Source: Polyangiales bacterium
GTDB taxonomy: Bacteria > Myxococcota_A > Polyangia > Polyangiales > Polyangiaceae
Assembly: GCA_038230375.1 (NCBI GenBank)
Contig: JBBRNJ010000004.1
Coordinates: 64,001-128,000 of the forward strand
Direction: 5' to 3'
Length of the DNA: 64,000 bases
The position numbers were made by a program, and so were the translations under genes. Each line of letters starts with the position of its first letter. Within the stretch, counting starts at the first letter, position 1. The notes beneath the pieces are model-generated. The model saw only the letters and a list, made by a program, of their open reading frames with translations. It searched no databases and had not been told where the DNA came from. This document shows positions 52,453 to 61,602 of this stretch, piece by piece.

Positions 52453-53139
52453 ATGGAGCTGCCGTTCGAGGTCGTGATGCGCGGCGATGTTCGCGTGTTG
52501 CGGTTTGACTATGCGCAGGGGGCGGCGGTGTCTCGTGGGGCGCTCTGGGCGTTGCTCACGGAGGAGGACTCTGTTGCGGTGCGGCGGTTTGCGCTTCCGG
52601 AGCTGCGTGATCGGGCTCTCTTGCGGCGTGCGTTCGTTCGCGTGGCGCTGGGGAAGGAGCTGGATGTGACTCCACGCGAGGTTCCGCTCTCGAAGGGGCG
52701 GCGCGGCAAGCCGGAGCTCGTTGGTCATTCGTATGTGGTCGTGAGCCTTTCGCACACGGATGACGTGGTGCTGCTTGCTGTTGCGCGCGGACTCGTACGA
52801 GGCGTTGGCGTGGACGTGGAGCGCGTTGCCGCAGAGATCGATCCGGACCTGCTGGCGCCGACGGTGTTGCATGAAGAGGAGGCGCGCGCGATGACGGGGC
52901 TCGTTGACGACGAACGAAAGAGGGCGTTCTTGCGCGTGTGGTGTCGCAAGGAGGCCGCGCTGAAGGTCACGGGCATCGGCTTGCTGGACGATCTCACTTC
53001 GCTGTCCGTGATGAGGGACGAGATCGACTTCGGCACGTGCAAGGACGCGCGCGTGATGAAGGAAGACGCGCGGGTGGTGAGGATCGAGGATCTGGGACTC
53101 GATGAGGAGCACGTCGCGGCACTGGCGACGTCGACGTAG
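52453..53139 (+). CDS. Sfp-type 4'-phosphopantetheinyl transferase
   Basis: GKPEL, SLSHT, GVDVE, WCRKEAALKVTG.GL. Confidence 0.92.
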   Translation: MELPFEVVMRGDVRVLRFDYAQGAAVSRGALWALLTEEDSVAVRRFALPELRDRALLRRAFVRVALGKELDVTPREVPLSKGRRGKPELVGHSYVVVSLSHTDDVVLLAVARGLVRGVGVDVERVAAEIDPDLLAPTVLHEEEARAMTGLVDDERKRAFLRVWCRKEAALKVTGIGLLDDLTSLSVMRDEIDFGTCKDARVMKEDARVVRIEDLGLDEEHVAALATST

Positions 53140-53141
53140 AC

Positions 53142-53278
<137 letters not shown>

Positions 53279-53279
53279 C

Positions 53280-53894
53280 CTACTGCTTCTTGCAGCGTCC
53301 GAACGACGGCGGTAGGCCCAGATCTTTGATGTTGTCGCTTGTGCACTGCTGCCCCGTCGCGCAGCCGTTGCTTGCGGCGGGGGCTGCGGGATCGCAGAGC
53401 TGGATGCCGTCCTTCGAGCACACAGTTCCCATCTGGCAGGCGGCCACTGTGCCCTTGGAGTCGGACTGTGTGGCGCAGCAGACTGTGCCGGTTGGGCAGT
53501 TTGCTTGATCGCTGCACGACAGTGTGACGAGGTTCACGTCCCCGCCCTGATTGCCGTTGCCGCCGTTTCCAGTGCCGCGGCCCGCGTCGGGGATTGCGCA
53601 CGTGCCTGTCTCGCACCCATAGGCGAGGCCGGCGCTCGTGGGGGTGACGCAGCAGACCTCGGCTGGGATCGCGCAGCTGGTGTTGCCGCACGAGAGAGAA
53701 GTCGTTGTGCCGCCCGGGCCTGCGTCGGCCGGGTTCACGCCGCCGTTCGTCGCGACTCCGCCGTTACTCCCGCTGCCGCCTCCGTCTCCGCCAGCCCCGT
53801 CGATGGAGCTCACGGACGCTCCGCCACAGCCAACGAACACGGCGGCTCCGAGCGCACCCGCCAGCGTGATTCCCGCAACGCTCTTCGTAAGCAT
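53280..53894 (-). CDS. Cys-rich lipoprotein
   Basis: Lipobox VFVGC; Gly linker; CSDQANCPTGTVCC; Cys pattern similar to 31524-32246. Confidence 0.78.
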   Translation of the reverse strand: MLTKSVAGITLAGALGAAVFVGCGGASVSSIDGAGGDGGGSGSNGGVATNGGVNPADAGPGGTTTSLSCGNTSCAIPAEVCCVTPTSAGLAYGCETGTCAIPDAGRGTGNGGNGNQGGDVNLVTLSCSDQANCPTGTVCCATQSDSKGTVAACQMGTVCSKDGIQLCDPAAPAASNGCATGQQCTSDNIKDLGLPPSFGRCKKQ

Positions 53895-54042
53895 AGGTGG
53901 AGCCCCTTCCCTGCTTGAAGGTGCCCGGACCCGAGCCAGAGCAGGCGGGGAAGCCACGACCGCATGAAATGAGGGGGCTTCGCTCTCACATCGCACGAGA
54001 TGTCCGACGCATCGCGCGGGGTTGTTCTGCTAGCCTCGCCGC

Positions 54043-57042
54043 GTGATTCGTAGAGCGTCAGACCGCCCCACGGCGCGCATGCTCGTTGCGCTGCTCGTGA
54101 CGCTCGTCCTTCTGGTCCTCGCGATCGGGCAAGCACGCGCGGATGGTGCGGGAAGCGGGCTCATCGGCAAGGCGGACGCGGCGTTCTTCAAGAAGGACTA
54201 CGGAAGCGCGGACGCGCTCTACGTGGAGGCGCTGGAGAAGGGCGGCCTCACCACGCGCGAGTCGATCCAGTGCTGGGTTCAGCTCGGTGCAGCGCGCGTG
54301 GCGCTAGGGCACGAGAAGGAGGCGCGCGCCGCCTTCCGCAACGCAGCGCTCCTCGATCCACACTTCCTGTTGCCCAAGGACGCGGGCCGGAAGACGCGAG
54401 GCATCGCGGACGAGATGCGACGCGACGCTCGGACCACCGGCACGTACCAGATCTCCGTGGAGGCGCCGGAGACCGTGCAGCCGAACCGCCCGTTCCACGT
54501 CACGGTGACCATGAGCTCGGCGCACGCCGCGCTCATCTCGAAGGTGCGGCTCACCGCGCTCGAGGCGGACAGCGACGACTTCTACGAGAAGGTGGAGAAC
54601 GCATCCACGACCATCGGCTTCGACGTGGGCGCGAACGTGGCGGCAGCGGACAAGACCGTGCTCCTGCGCGTGGAAGCGGTGGACGCGCACGACAACAAGC
54701 TCGTCACCGTGTCCGCGCGCGTGAAGGTCGGCCCACTCAGCGGCGGTGGCACCGGCGGAGGGAGCACGGATGGTGGGGCCGAGCCTGCAGGCGACGGCGG
54801 TGCGGCCGCACAGGGCGCGCCGCTCATCACGACGAAGAGCGGCGACGACGCAGAGGACACCGAGGGCTCGGGCCCGTGGAGCGTCCCGCACGGCGAGAAG
54901 AAGTACACGTCCATCCGCGCGGGCAGCAGCCCCGTGATCGACGGCATCCTGGACGAGCCTATCTGGGCGACAGCGCCCAAGGACAACCGCTTCCTCTCCA
55001 CACGGAGCAAGCCATACGGCCAGCCCACGACCGAGCCGACGGTCGTCCAGATCGCGTACGACGCGGAGAACCTCTACGTCGCGTTCCGCTGCACCTACGG
55101 CAAGCCCGGCAAGAAGGACGAGACCTTCACTGCGGACGAACAGACGCTGCTCGCGGAGTCGGAGAGCGTCGCGGTGCTCGTGGATCCGGTGCACGGGCAC
55201 ACCGGCGCGTACCAGTTCGTGGTGTCGCCAGTCGGCGCGCGCGCGGACGTGGAGCTGTCGGACCAGGGCTCCGTGCAGAACGTGGACTGGCGCGGCATCT
55301 GGGAGTCGGGCACGCAGCACACGAAGGATGGCTGGACGGCGGAGCTGAAGATCCCGTGGGGCACCATGCGCATGCCAAGCCACTCCACGCCGTTCGATCT
55401 GGGGCTGAACTTCACGCGGCGCGAGCCCACGTCGGGCGAGTACGCGCTGTGGTCGCTGCACCCTCCCGCAACGGAGCTCTTCGACACGAACTTCTTCGGA
55501 CATCTGGATGGCCTGTCGGACGTGCATCCGGGACAGCGCCTCTATCTCGAGCCCTACGTCGCGTTCGCGTACGACAAGACGCCGTCGCCGTCGCTCTCAC
55601 AGCTGTCGGATTTCTCCGGGCAGAACGGCTCGTTCCGTCCGTACGCGGGCCTCTATGCGCGGCTCCGTCCGCCGGGGCCGTTCCGTCTGGACGCAACGTT
55701 CAACCCCGATTTCTCCGCAGTGAACCCGGACCAGGCGCTCGCGAACTTCGATCGCTTCGAGCTCGAGTTCCCCGAGGCGCGCGCGTTCTTCGCGGAGGAC
55801 ACGCCGCGCTTCGCGTTCGGTGCGCCGCGCTACCTCTACGGAGATCTGGGCGCGCAGCTCTATTACTCACGCCGGCTCGGCATCCAGACCAACACCGCGG
55901 GCCTCACGCAAGCAGTGCCCATCCTGTGGGGCGTGAAGTCCGTCGTGCGCGAGGGCGGCACCGAAGCCGCGATCATGAACGTGGAGACCGCGCCCCCAAG
56001 GCGCACCGTCTCGCTGTCCGACAACGCGACCATCGGCCGCGTCACGCAGACGTACGAGGGGCAGCGCATAGGCGCCATCTTCTTGAACAGCGCGGGCGAC
56101 TCCGGCGCGTACACCGCGGGCGGCGTGGACGCAGCGGCCGCGTTCTACGATCGTCATCTCCAGGTGTCGGGGTTCTACGCCGCGTCCAAATCGCAGGGAC
56201 TGGATCTGTCGGGCGCGGGCGAGGGCACGGTGTCGTGGAAGAGCCAGGACTTCTACGCGCAGGGCACGTACATGGACATTGGCAAGAGCTTCGATGCGCC
56301 GCTCGGGTACTTCCCCATCACGGGCGTGCGCTCTGAGCAGCTGGCCGCGGGCTACACGCCGGTCATCCGGAGCGATCTCGTGCAGCAGCTCTTCCTGGAT
56401 TCGCAGCTCTCGCTCGCGAAGGATCGCGACACGGATCAGCGCGTGTTCGATCGCGGCGTGCTGGCCGCCAGCATCACGACCATCCAGCAAGCGAACGTGC
56501 AGGTGAGCGTGCAGCCCGCGATAGAGAACGTGGCCACGCCCTTCCCCATCGGCAACGGTCGCATCACGGTGCCGCAGGGTCAGTACAAGGTGATGGTGAC
56601 GCAGATAGAAGTGCTTTCACCCGCGCGCCGCACCATCGTGTGGGGAGTCGGCTATCTGGGAGGAGATCTCTACGACGGTCAGCGACGCGCGCCATCCGCC
56701 ACGTTCGGAGTGAACCTGGGGCGCTTCGCGTCGCGCATGAAGTACCAGATGTTCATCCTGTCGTATGGAGACGAGCACTTCACGGGCCACGCGCTGTCCG
56801 CGAACGCGAGCTACTCGTATTCGCCCAGAGCGAAGACCACGCTGCTCGTGGAAGCGAACACCGTGGCCGCGCGCGGCGTGGCGCAGCTCGCGACCAGCGT
56901 GCAGATGTGGACCGCCAGCACGCTCACGCTGGCGCTCCGAGGCACCAGCGGAAGTACGATCGACGTGGCCGCACGCGACTGGTCCGACAACCCGGACTTC
57001 TCCGCCATCCTCAGCTTCGCCCTCGGCGTCACGCCCTTCTGA
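54043..57042 (+). CDS. Secreted TPR-like/Ig-like + CBM9(DOMON)-like + DUF5916-type protein
   Basis: Signal ending ARA; PVIDGILDEPIW, YDAENLYVAF, GWTAELKIPW; DATFNPDFSAV.PD, FPEARAFF.E, YYSRRLG. Confidence 0.8.
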   Translation: MIRRASDRPTARMLVALLVTLVLLVLAIGQARADGAGSGLIGKADAAFFKKDYGSADALYVEALEKGGLTTRESIQCWVQLGAARVALGHEKEARAAFRNAALLDPHFLLPKDAGRKTRGIADEMRRDARTTGTYQISVEAPETVQPNRPFHVTVTMSSAHAALISKVRLTALEADSDDFYEKVENASTTIGFDVGANVAAADKTVLLRVEAVDAHDNKLVTVSARVKVGPLSGGGTGGGSTDGGAEPAGDGGAAAQGAPLITTKSGDDAEDTEGSGPWSVPHGEKKYTSIRAGSSPVIDGILDEPIWATAPKDNRFLSTRSKPYGQPTTEPTVVQIAYDAENLYVAFRCTYGKPGKKDETFTADEQTLLAESESVAVLVDPVHGHTGAYQFVVSPVGARADVELSDQGSVQNVDWRGIWESGTQHTKDGWTAELKIPWGTMRMPSHSTPFDLGLNFTRREPTSGEYALWSLHPPATELFDTNFFGHLDGLSDVHPGQRLYLEPYVAFAYDKTPSPSLSQLSDFSGQNGSFRPYAGLYARLRPPGPFRLDATFNPDFSAVNPDQALANFDRFELEFPEARAFFAEDTPRFAFGAPRYLYGDLGAQLYYSRRLGIQTNTAGLTQAVPILWGVKSVVREGGTEAAIMNVETAPPRRTVSLSDNATIGRVTQTYEGQRIGAIFLNSAGDSGAYTAGGVDAAAAFYDRHLQVSGFYAASKSQGLDLSGAGEGTVSWKSQDFYAQGTYMDIGKSFDAPLGYFPITGVRSEQLAAGYTPVIRSDLVQQLFLDSQLSLAKDRDTDQRVFDRGVLAASITTIQQANVQVSVQPAIENVATPFPIGNGRITVPQGQYKVMVTQIEVLSPARRTIVWGVGYLGGDLYDGQRRAPSATFGVNLGRFASRMKYQMFILSYGDEHFTGHALSANASYSYSPRAKTTLLVEANTVAARGVAQLATSVQMWTASTLTLALRGTSGSTIDVAARDWSDNPDFSAILSFALGVTPF

Positions 57043-57075
57043 TGCCCTTCTGATGCCCTTCTGATGCCCTTCTGA
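57033..57075 (+). repeat. Tandem repeat (GCCCTTCTGAT)x4 spanning the stop codon
   Basis: Copies start at 57033, 57044, 57055 and 57066 (last lacks final T). Confidence 0.95.
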
Positions 57076-57098
57076 CACTGCTCGTGGACGGCCACCGC

Positions 57099-57287
57099 GG
57101 GCGGGAGGCGAGCGCGGTGCCCGGCGGCGGCGGGCCCCCCTCCCGACTCGCACGTCGTTCCACGCCGGTGAATGAGGGCGTTTGGAGGACTGGCTTCGGT
57201 GTTGTGCTGGATGACCGCGCGAGAACGCCGCCGCTCGGCAGGGGGATAGCTCCCACCGCCGCCGGGCACCGCGCCCCCCTCCCGCCC
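57099..57287. repeat. 36-bp imperfect inverted repeat pair enclosing 117 bp (MITE/REP-like)
   Basis: 57099-57134 vs reverse complement of 57252-57287: 33/36 identical. Confidence 0.8.
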
Positions 57288-57333
57288 ACTGAGGATCCGG
57301 AGAGGCAGGAAGAGAAGCGGTAGATTGGGTGGC

Positions 57334-57876
57334 ATGGATGCTCTCTCGATCTTGCTCGCACAGGCTCGCAACAACGCTTGGGCCAACCACCGGTTGCTCG
57401 GCGCGTGCGCGCTGCTGACTCACCAGGAGCTCCATGCCACGCGTGTGAGCTTCTTTCCCACGCTCATGAAGACGCTGAATCACAACCTGATCGTGGACTG
57501 GTACTACATCGACGCGCTTGTGAAGGGCGGACGGGGGCGCGCGCTGTTTGCGTCGGAGGAGCCCTTCGCGGACATCGGTGAGCTCATGAGCGCCCAGCGC
57601 GAATCGGACAGGAGGCTCTGCGCGTTCGTGGAGAGCCTGAGCACTGCGCAGCTGGAGGAGCGCGTATCACTCGCGCGCCGCGATCACACGCAGGTCGAGT
57701 CCGCAGGCGACGTGCTCCTCCACCTGTTCGAGCACCAGATCCACCACCGCGGCCAGGCGCACGCGATGCTTGCGGGCACGCGCGTTGCGCCACCACAGCT
57801 GGACGAGTTCTTCCTGAAGGAGGAGCTGCCGCTGCGAAGAGCAGAGCTGGAAGAGCTGGGGCTGCCGCTGGAATAA
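57334..57876 (+). CDS. DinB family protein
   Basis: NNAWANHRL, FPTLMKTLNH, HLFEHQIHHRGQAHAML. Confidence 0.92.
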   Translation: MDALSILLAQARNNAWANHRLLGACALLTHQELHATRVSFFPTLMKTLNHNLIVDWYYIDALVKGGRGRALFASEEPFADIGELMSAQRESDRRLCAFVESLSTAQLEERVSLARRDHTQVESAGDVLLHLFEHQIHHRGQAHAMLAGTRVAPPQLDEFFLKEELPLRRAELEELGLPLE

Positions 57877-58077
57877 GCGAGGGCAGCAAGGGGCGCGCGA
57901 TGGGGCAACTGCCGCGCGCGCAGAGACCACGTGCACGATCGGCCCCCTCACGAGCGGGGTCGTATACAGTGTGTCGGTCACGGCGACCAACGGGCCGGCG
58001 CGAGCGCGCCCTCCTCCGCGAGTCCCGGCGTTCCCAACTGAGCCCTCGCGCGGCGAGCTGAACGCGCACCGCTCCGG

Positions 58078-58205
58078 CAACCGTCCAGCACCTGCAGACT
58101 GCAACCTTCGTACTTCACCAGCACCACGTCATCCGACGTGAACCCTTGAAACGACGACATATCCGTGGCGTCCCACTCGATGATGAGCGGCGATCGGGTT
58201 ACCAT
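58078..58205 (-). pseudogene. Isolated gene fragment (PLIIEWDATDMSSF...VKYEGCSLQVLDGC)
   Basis: About 40 codons of protein-like sequence with no convincing start, decaying to low-complexity translation on both sides. Confidence 0.5.
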
Positions 58206-58219
58206 GACCTGCTTCCAGC

Positions 58220-59107
58220 ATGACCATGCTCATCTCACGTCGCGGCGCGCTCTCGGTTCTTGGTGCGACCATCGCGGTTGCCTGTACGCCTCCCGCTGAA
58301 TCACCTGGTGGTGGCATGAGCACGTACAACGCGCTCGCCGACATCGAGCGCTCCGTGGGGGGACGCGTGGGGGTGTTCGCGCTGGACACCGGTACTGGTC
58401 GCACCGTCGCGTTCCGCGAGGACGACCGCTTCGCGATGTGCTCCGTCTTCAAGTGGACGCTCTCTGCGGCCGTGCTGCTTCGCGTGGACAAGGGTGAGCT
58501 CGCGCTCACGGACGCCGTGCCTTACTCGCGCAGCGACCTCCTGGAGTACGCGCCTGTCACGCTCGAGCACGTGAACGACGGCTCGATGACGGTGGAGGCG
58601 CTCATGCAGGCGGCCATCACGCAGAGCGACAACACCGCCGCGAATCTGCTGCTTGGCAAGGTGGGCGGGCCAGGCGGCCTCACGCAGTTCGTCCGTCAGC
58701 TGGGCGACACGGTCACGCGTCTCGATCGTGATGAGCCGCAGCTCAACGAGAACCTGGACGGCGACGAGCGCGACACCACATCACCGAAGGCGATGGTCGG
58801 CCTCTTGCGCGCCGCGCTCGTGGGTGAGGCGCTCACTGCCGCGTCGCGCGAGCGCTTGCTCGGATGGATGCGCGTGAGCAAGTCCGGTCAGCGACGCCTT
58901 CGTGCCGGGCTCCCAGAAGGCTGGGCCGCGGCCGACAAGACGGGCACGGGCGGGAACGGGTCGAACAACGACGCGATGATCGCAATGCCCCCAGGCCGCT
59001 CGCCCATCCTCGTCTCCGCGTTCATGAGCGGGAGCCGCGTGCCGAGCGCCACGCTGGAGGCCGCGCACGCGAACATCGCGCGGCTCGTGGTCTCCACGTT
59101 CGCCTAG
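58220..59107 (+). CDS. Class A serine beta-lactamase (Tat/lipoprotein-like signal)
   Basis: SVFK (S70xxK), SDN, DRDEPQLN (E166), DKTG; SRRGAL...VAC signal. Confidence 0.93.
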   Translation: MTMLISRRGALSVLGATIAVACTPPAESPGGGMSTYNALADIERSVGGRVGVFALDTGTGRTVAFREDDRFAMCSVFKWTLSAAVLLRVDKGELALTDAVPYSRSDLLEYAPVTLEHVNDGSMTVEALMQAAITQSDNTAANLLLGKVGGPGGLTQFVRQLGDTVTRLDRDEPQLNENLDGDERDTTSPKAMVGLLRAALVGEALTAASRERLLGWMRVSKSGQRRLRAGLPEGWAAADKTGTGGNGSNNDAMIAMPPGRSPILVSAFMSGSRVPSATLEAAHANIARLVVSTFA

Positions 59108-59139
59108 GCCTTTTCGGCGCTCCGCCCTACTCTCTCTGC

Positions 59140-59478
59140 ATGGGGCGTTCATCTATTCTCTTCGTGTCGTGCTTCGTGATCATCGCGGCAGCGTGCAGCA
59201 GCAGCACCACCACCGGCAGCGGCGGCAGCGATGGCGGCGGCGGCAGCGGTGCAGACGGAAGCACCAGCGGCAACGACGACGGCGGCGGCGGTGGCACTGA
59301 CGATGGCGGCAGCGCGGACGACGGCGGGACAAGCAGCAACGACGAGGGCGGCACCACCTTCCCGAAGGACGCATCGTTCGACTCCGGCAACATGTGCCTC
59401 GCGAGCGGCGAGGTGTGCGCCAACGCCAACCAGTGCTGCAGCAAGAAGTGCCCGGTCCCCGCGTACCTCTGCCAGTGA
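59140..59478 (+). CDS. Small lipoprotein: Gly/Asp stalk + C-terminal knottin-like Cys motif
   Basis: Lipobox AAAC; CLASGEVCANANQCCSKKCPVPAYLCQ. Confidence 0.78.
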   Translation: MGRSSILFVSCFVIIAAACSSSTTTGSGGSDGGGGSGADGSTSGNDDGGGGGTDDGGSADDGGTSSNDEGGTTFPKDASFDSGNMCLASGEVCANANQCCSKKCPVPAYLCQ

Positions 59479-61562
59479 CCGCCGCGCGCAGCCGCGTGCG
59501 AAGAGCCTGCGTTCTCACCTTCGCGGCGTCGGCCCTCTTTGGCGCAGCGCCAGCGTCCGCGCAGCCTGCGACCTGGACCACGCCCCGCGGTGTCGCAGTT
59601 CTACGCACGAATGCCGCCAGGGCCACGCTCGCCCTTGCCGTTGAGGCGCCCGACCTGCGGAAGCAGCGCGAGGTTCTACGCCGCGCAGAGGCGGAGTACG
59701 CGCTGGCAGCGGACGCCTGGCTACTCGCGGTCCAGAAGGACAATGGAGGGCCGGCTCCTCGTGACGGCCTCTTCTGGTTGGCGGATGCGCGTCGTCACCG
59801 GCTGCGCATCCAGGCCGTGCAGGTAGGGGAGGACACTGCGGCAGTGGCGCCCACTCGTGGCGACATCAACGAGGCGCTCGCAGCGTCGGTCGCGGCGCTC
59901 GCCACGCGTGGCTGTGACAACGTCGGTCAGGCCGCATTCTTCGTCGTGGATCTGATCGACCTTGATCGCGACATGGCGTTTCTCCGCAACGAGCGCACAC
60001 ACGGCGCGAGCGGCGTCCCGAAGCGCAAGGAGGTCCAGTTCGACAGCAACGACCTCATGACTCGCAACGTCGTGAGCGCTCCCATGCCGGGCGTCGTGCA
60101 GAATGCCATTCTTGCGCGCGATCTCTACGTCGCGCGAGTTCCCCCGGCGGAGGATCTTCTGCAGGTCGCGCCCGCGTATCGGTACTACGGCGGTGAACAG
60201 CACGTCCTCTATGGCCACTTCGATGAAGCGCGGAGGCGTCTGCAGCCGTTGTGGACCGAACGCTGCGGCAAGGACGAGTACGGGTACAAGGCCTGGGAGC
60301 AGCTCATGGTGATGGCCAACCTGGAGCGCGACGTCGCGAAGGCACGAGCGCTAGCAGAGGCTGAGCAGAAGACGTCGTGCGCGATCGGCGGAGCCGCGCC
60401 GCCACCCGTCGGAGACCCGGTGTACGTTGACGCTCGCCGCAAGTTTGCCGCCGCCCAGAAGGCGAACGGATCGGAACGCGCAAAGCTCTGGCTGGAGGCT
60501 GCGGCTCTCTACGAACTTGCATTCGACACTGCCCCGGCTCGCAGAGAGGCCGTCGAAGGAGCGTTCAACGCCGCGTATGCGTACAAGCAGATCGGCAATC
60601 ACGAGAAGCCAACGGTGCTCTACGCAAAGCTGGTTGCTGAGTACGGCTCGGAGGAGCGGCTGCAGAAGCTCCAGCTCGGCGACCCATCGAACCGCATAGC
60701 GCCATCTCTCCAGGAGTATGCGGAGCGCGCGAAATACACGCTCGAGGCGATGGAGCTACTCGCCACTAGCTTCTATTCGCGCTTCGACTACGGGCGCGCA
60801 GCGGAGACGTACACGCGCGTCGCATCGAACGTGCGTTTTTCGTCCGACCGCCGCCGTCAGGCGTCGACCAACGCGCTCATCCTCTTTGCGAATCTTGGCT
60901 GGAGGACGGAGCTTGTCGGTGCTCGTTCCCTGCTCATGCACGACAATCCGTCCGAAGAAGAGAGGCTCGCAGCCGACTACGTCGTTGCCAGCTACGACTA
61001 CGAGCGGGCGGCGCGCGATCCGGCAGTCGCACGAGAGGTGAGCCGCGCGCTGTCGGGTTTCTTCCACGCGTATGAACGGACGGGGGACCGGCGCGTGGTC
61101 GAGGCGGCGTACCGTCTTGCCAAGCTCGCCCCCAAGACCGGTGCGGGCGCCGCATCCGTCTGGTTTCGCCGCGTCGTTGCGAGCTGGGAGCGGGCGACCG
61201 CAAAGGACACCGCACACCGCGACATGACGCGCGCGCCCTGGGTCGACTACGCCGCGATGGCGCAGCTAGCGTTGGTCGATGACGATGTCCGCGCTGCGGT
61301 CGAGTCGCGTGCACCAGCGGCGCGCAACCGCGATGCGGCGATGCGGCTCGACTCCGCGCTGCGGACGATCGCTGCGCTCTACCCTGGAAGCGACGTGACC
61401 CAGGACATCGCACGTTCGCGCGCCCATCTTCAGCTCGTCATGACGTTGCATGGCGACGCGAAAGCGCGCGCCTACGTCAACGCGATGCCCAACCTGCTCG
61501 AGCTCGGCCGTCCAGTCGCAGTGGGCACTCACGATATTCGGCTTGCACCACTTCCGCCCTGA
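59475..61562 (+). CDS. Secreted TPR-like helical repeat protein
   Basis: GTG start overlapping the upstream TGA; signal ending ASA-Q; YGHFDEARRRL, EGAFNAAYAYKQIG, FDYGRAAETY. Confidence 0.72.
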   Translation: MTAARSRVRRACVLTFAASALFGAAPASAQPATWTTPRGVAVLRTNAARATLALAVEAPDLRKQREVLRRAEAEYALAADAWLLAVQKDNGGPAPRDGLFWLADARRHRLRIQAVQVGEDTAAVAPTRGDINEALAASVAALATRGCDNVGQAAFFVVDLIDLDRDMAFLRNERTHGASGVPKRKEVQFDSNDLMTRNVVSAPMPGVVQNAILARDLYVARVPPAEDLLQVAPAYRYYGGEQHVLYGHFDEARRRLQPLWTERCGKDEYGYKAWEQLMVMANLERDVAKARALAEAEQKTSCAIGGAAPPPVGDPVYVDARRKFAAAQKANGSERAKLWLEAAALYELAFDTAPARREAVEGAFNAAYAYKQIGNHEKPTVLYAKLVAEYGSEERLQKLQLGDPSNRIAPSLQEYAERAKYTLEAMELLATSFYSRFDYGRAAETYTRVASNVRFSSDRRRQASTNALILFANLGWRTELVGARSLLMHDNPSEEERLAADYVVASYDYERAARDPAVAREVSRALSGFFHAYERTGDRRVVEAAYRLAKLAPKTGAGAASVWFRRVVASWERATAKDTAHRDMTRAPWVDYAAMAQLALVDDDVRAAVESRAPAARNRDAAMRLDSALRTIAALYPGSDVTQDIARSRAHLQLVMTLHGDAKARAYVNAMPNLLELGRPVAVGTHDIRLAPLPP

Positions 61563-61602
61563 GAGCACCCGGTCGTGGAACGCGCGCGTGGACAACGAGA
61601 CC

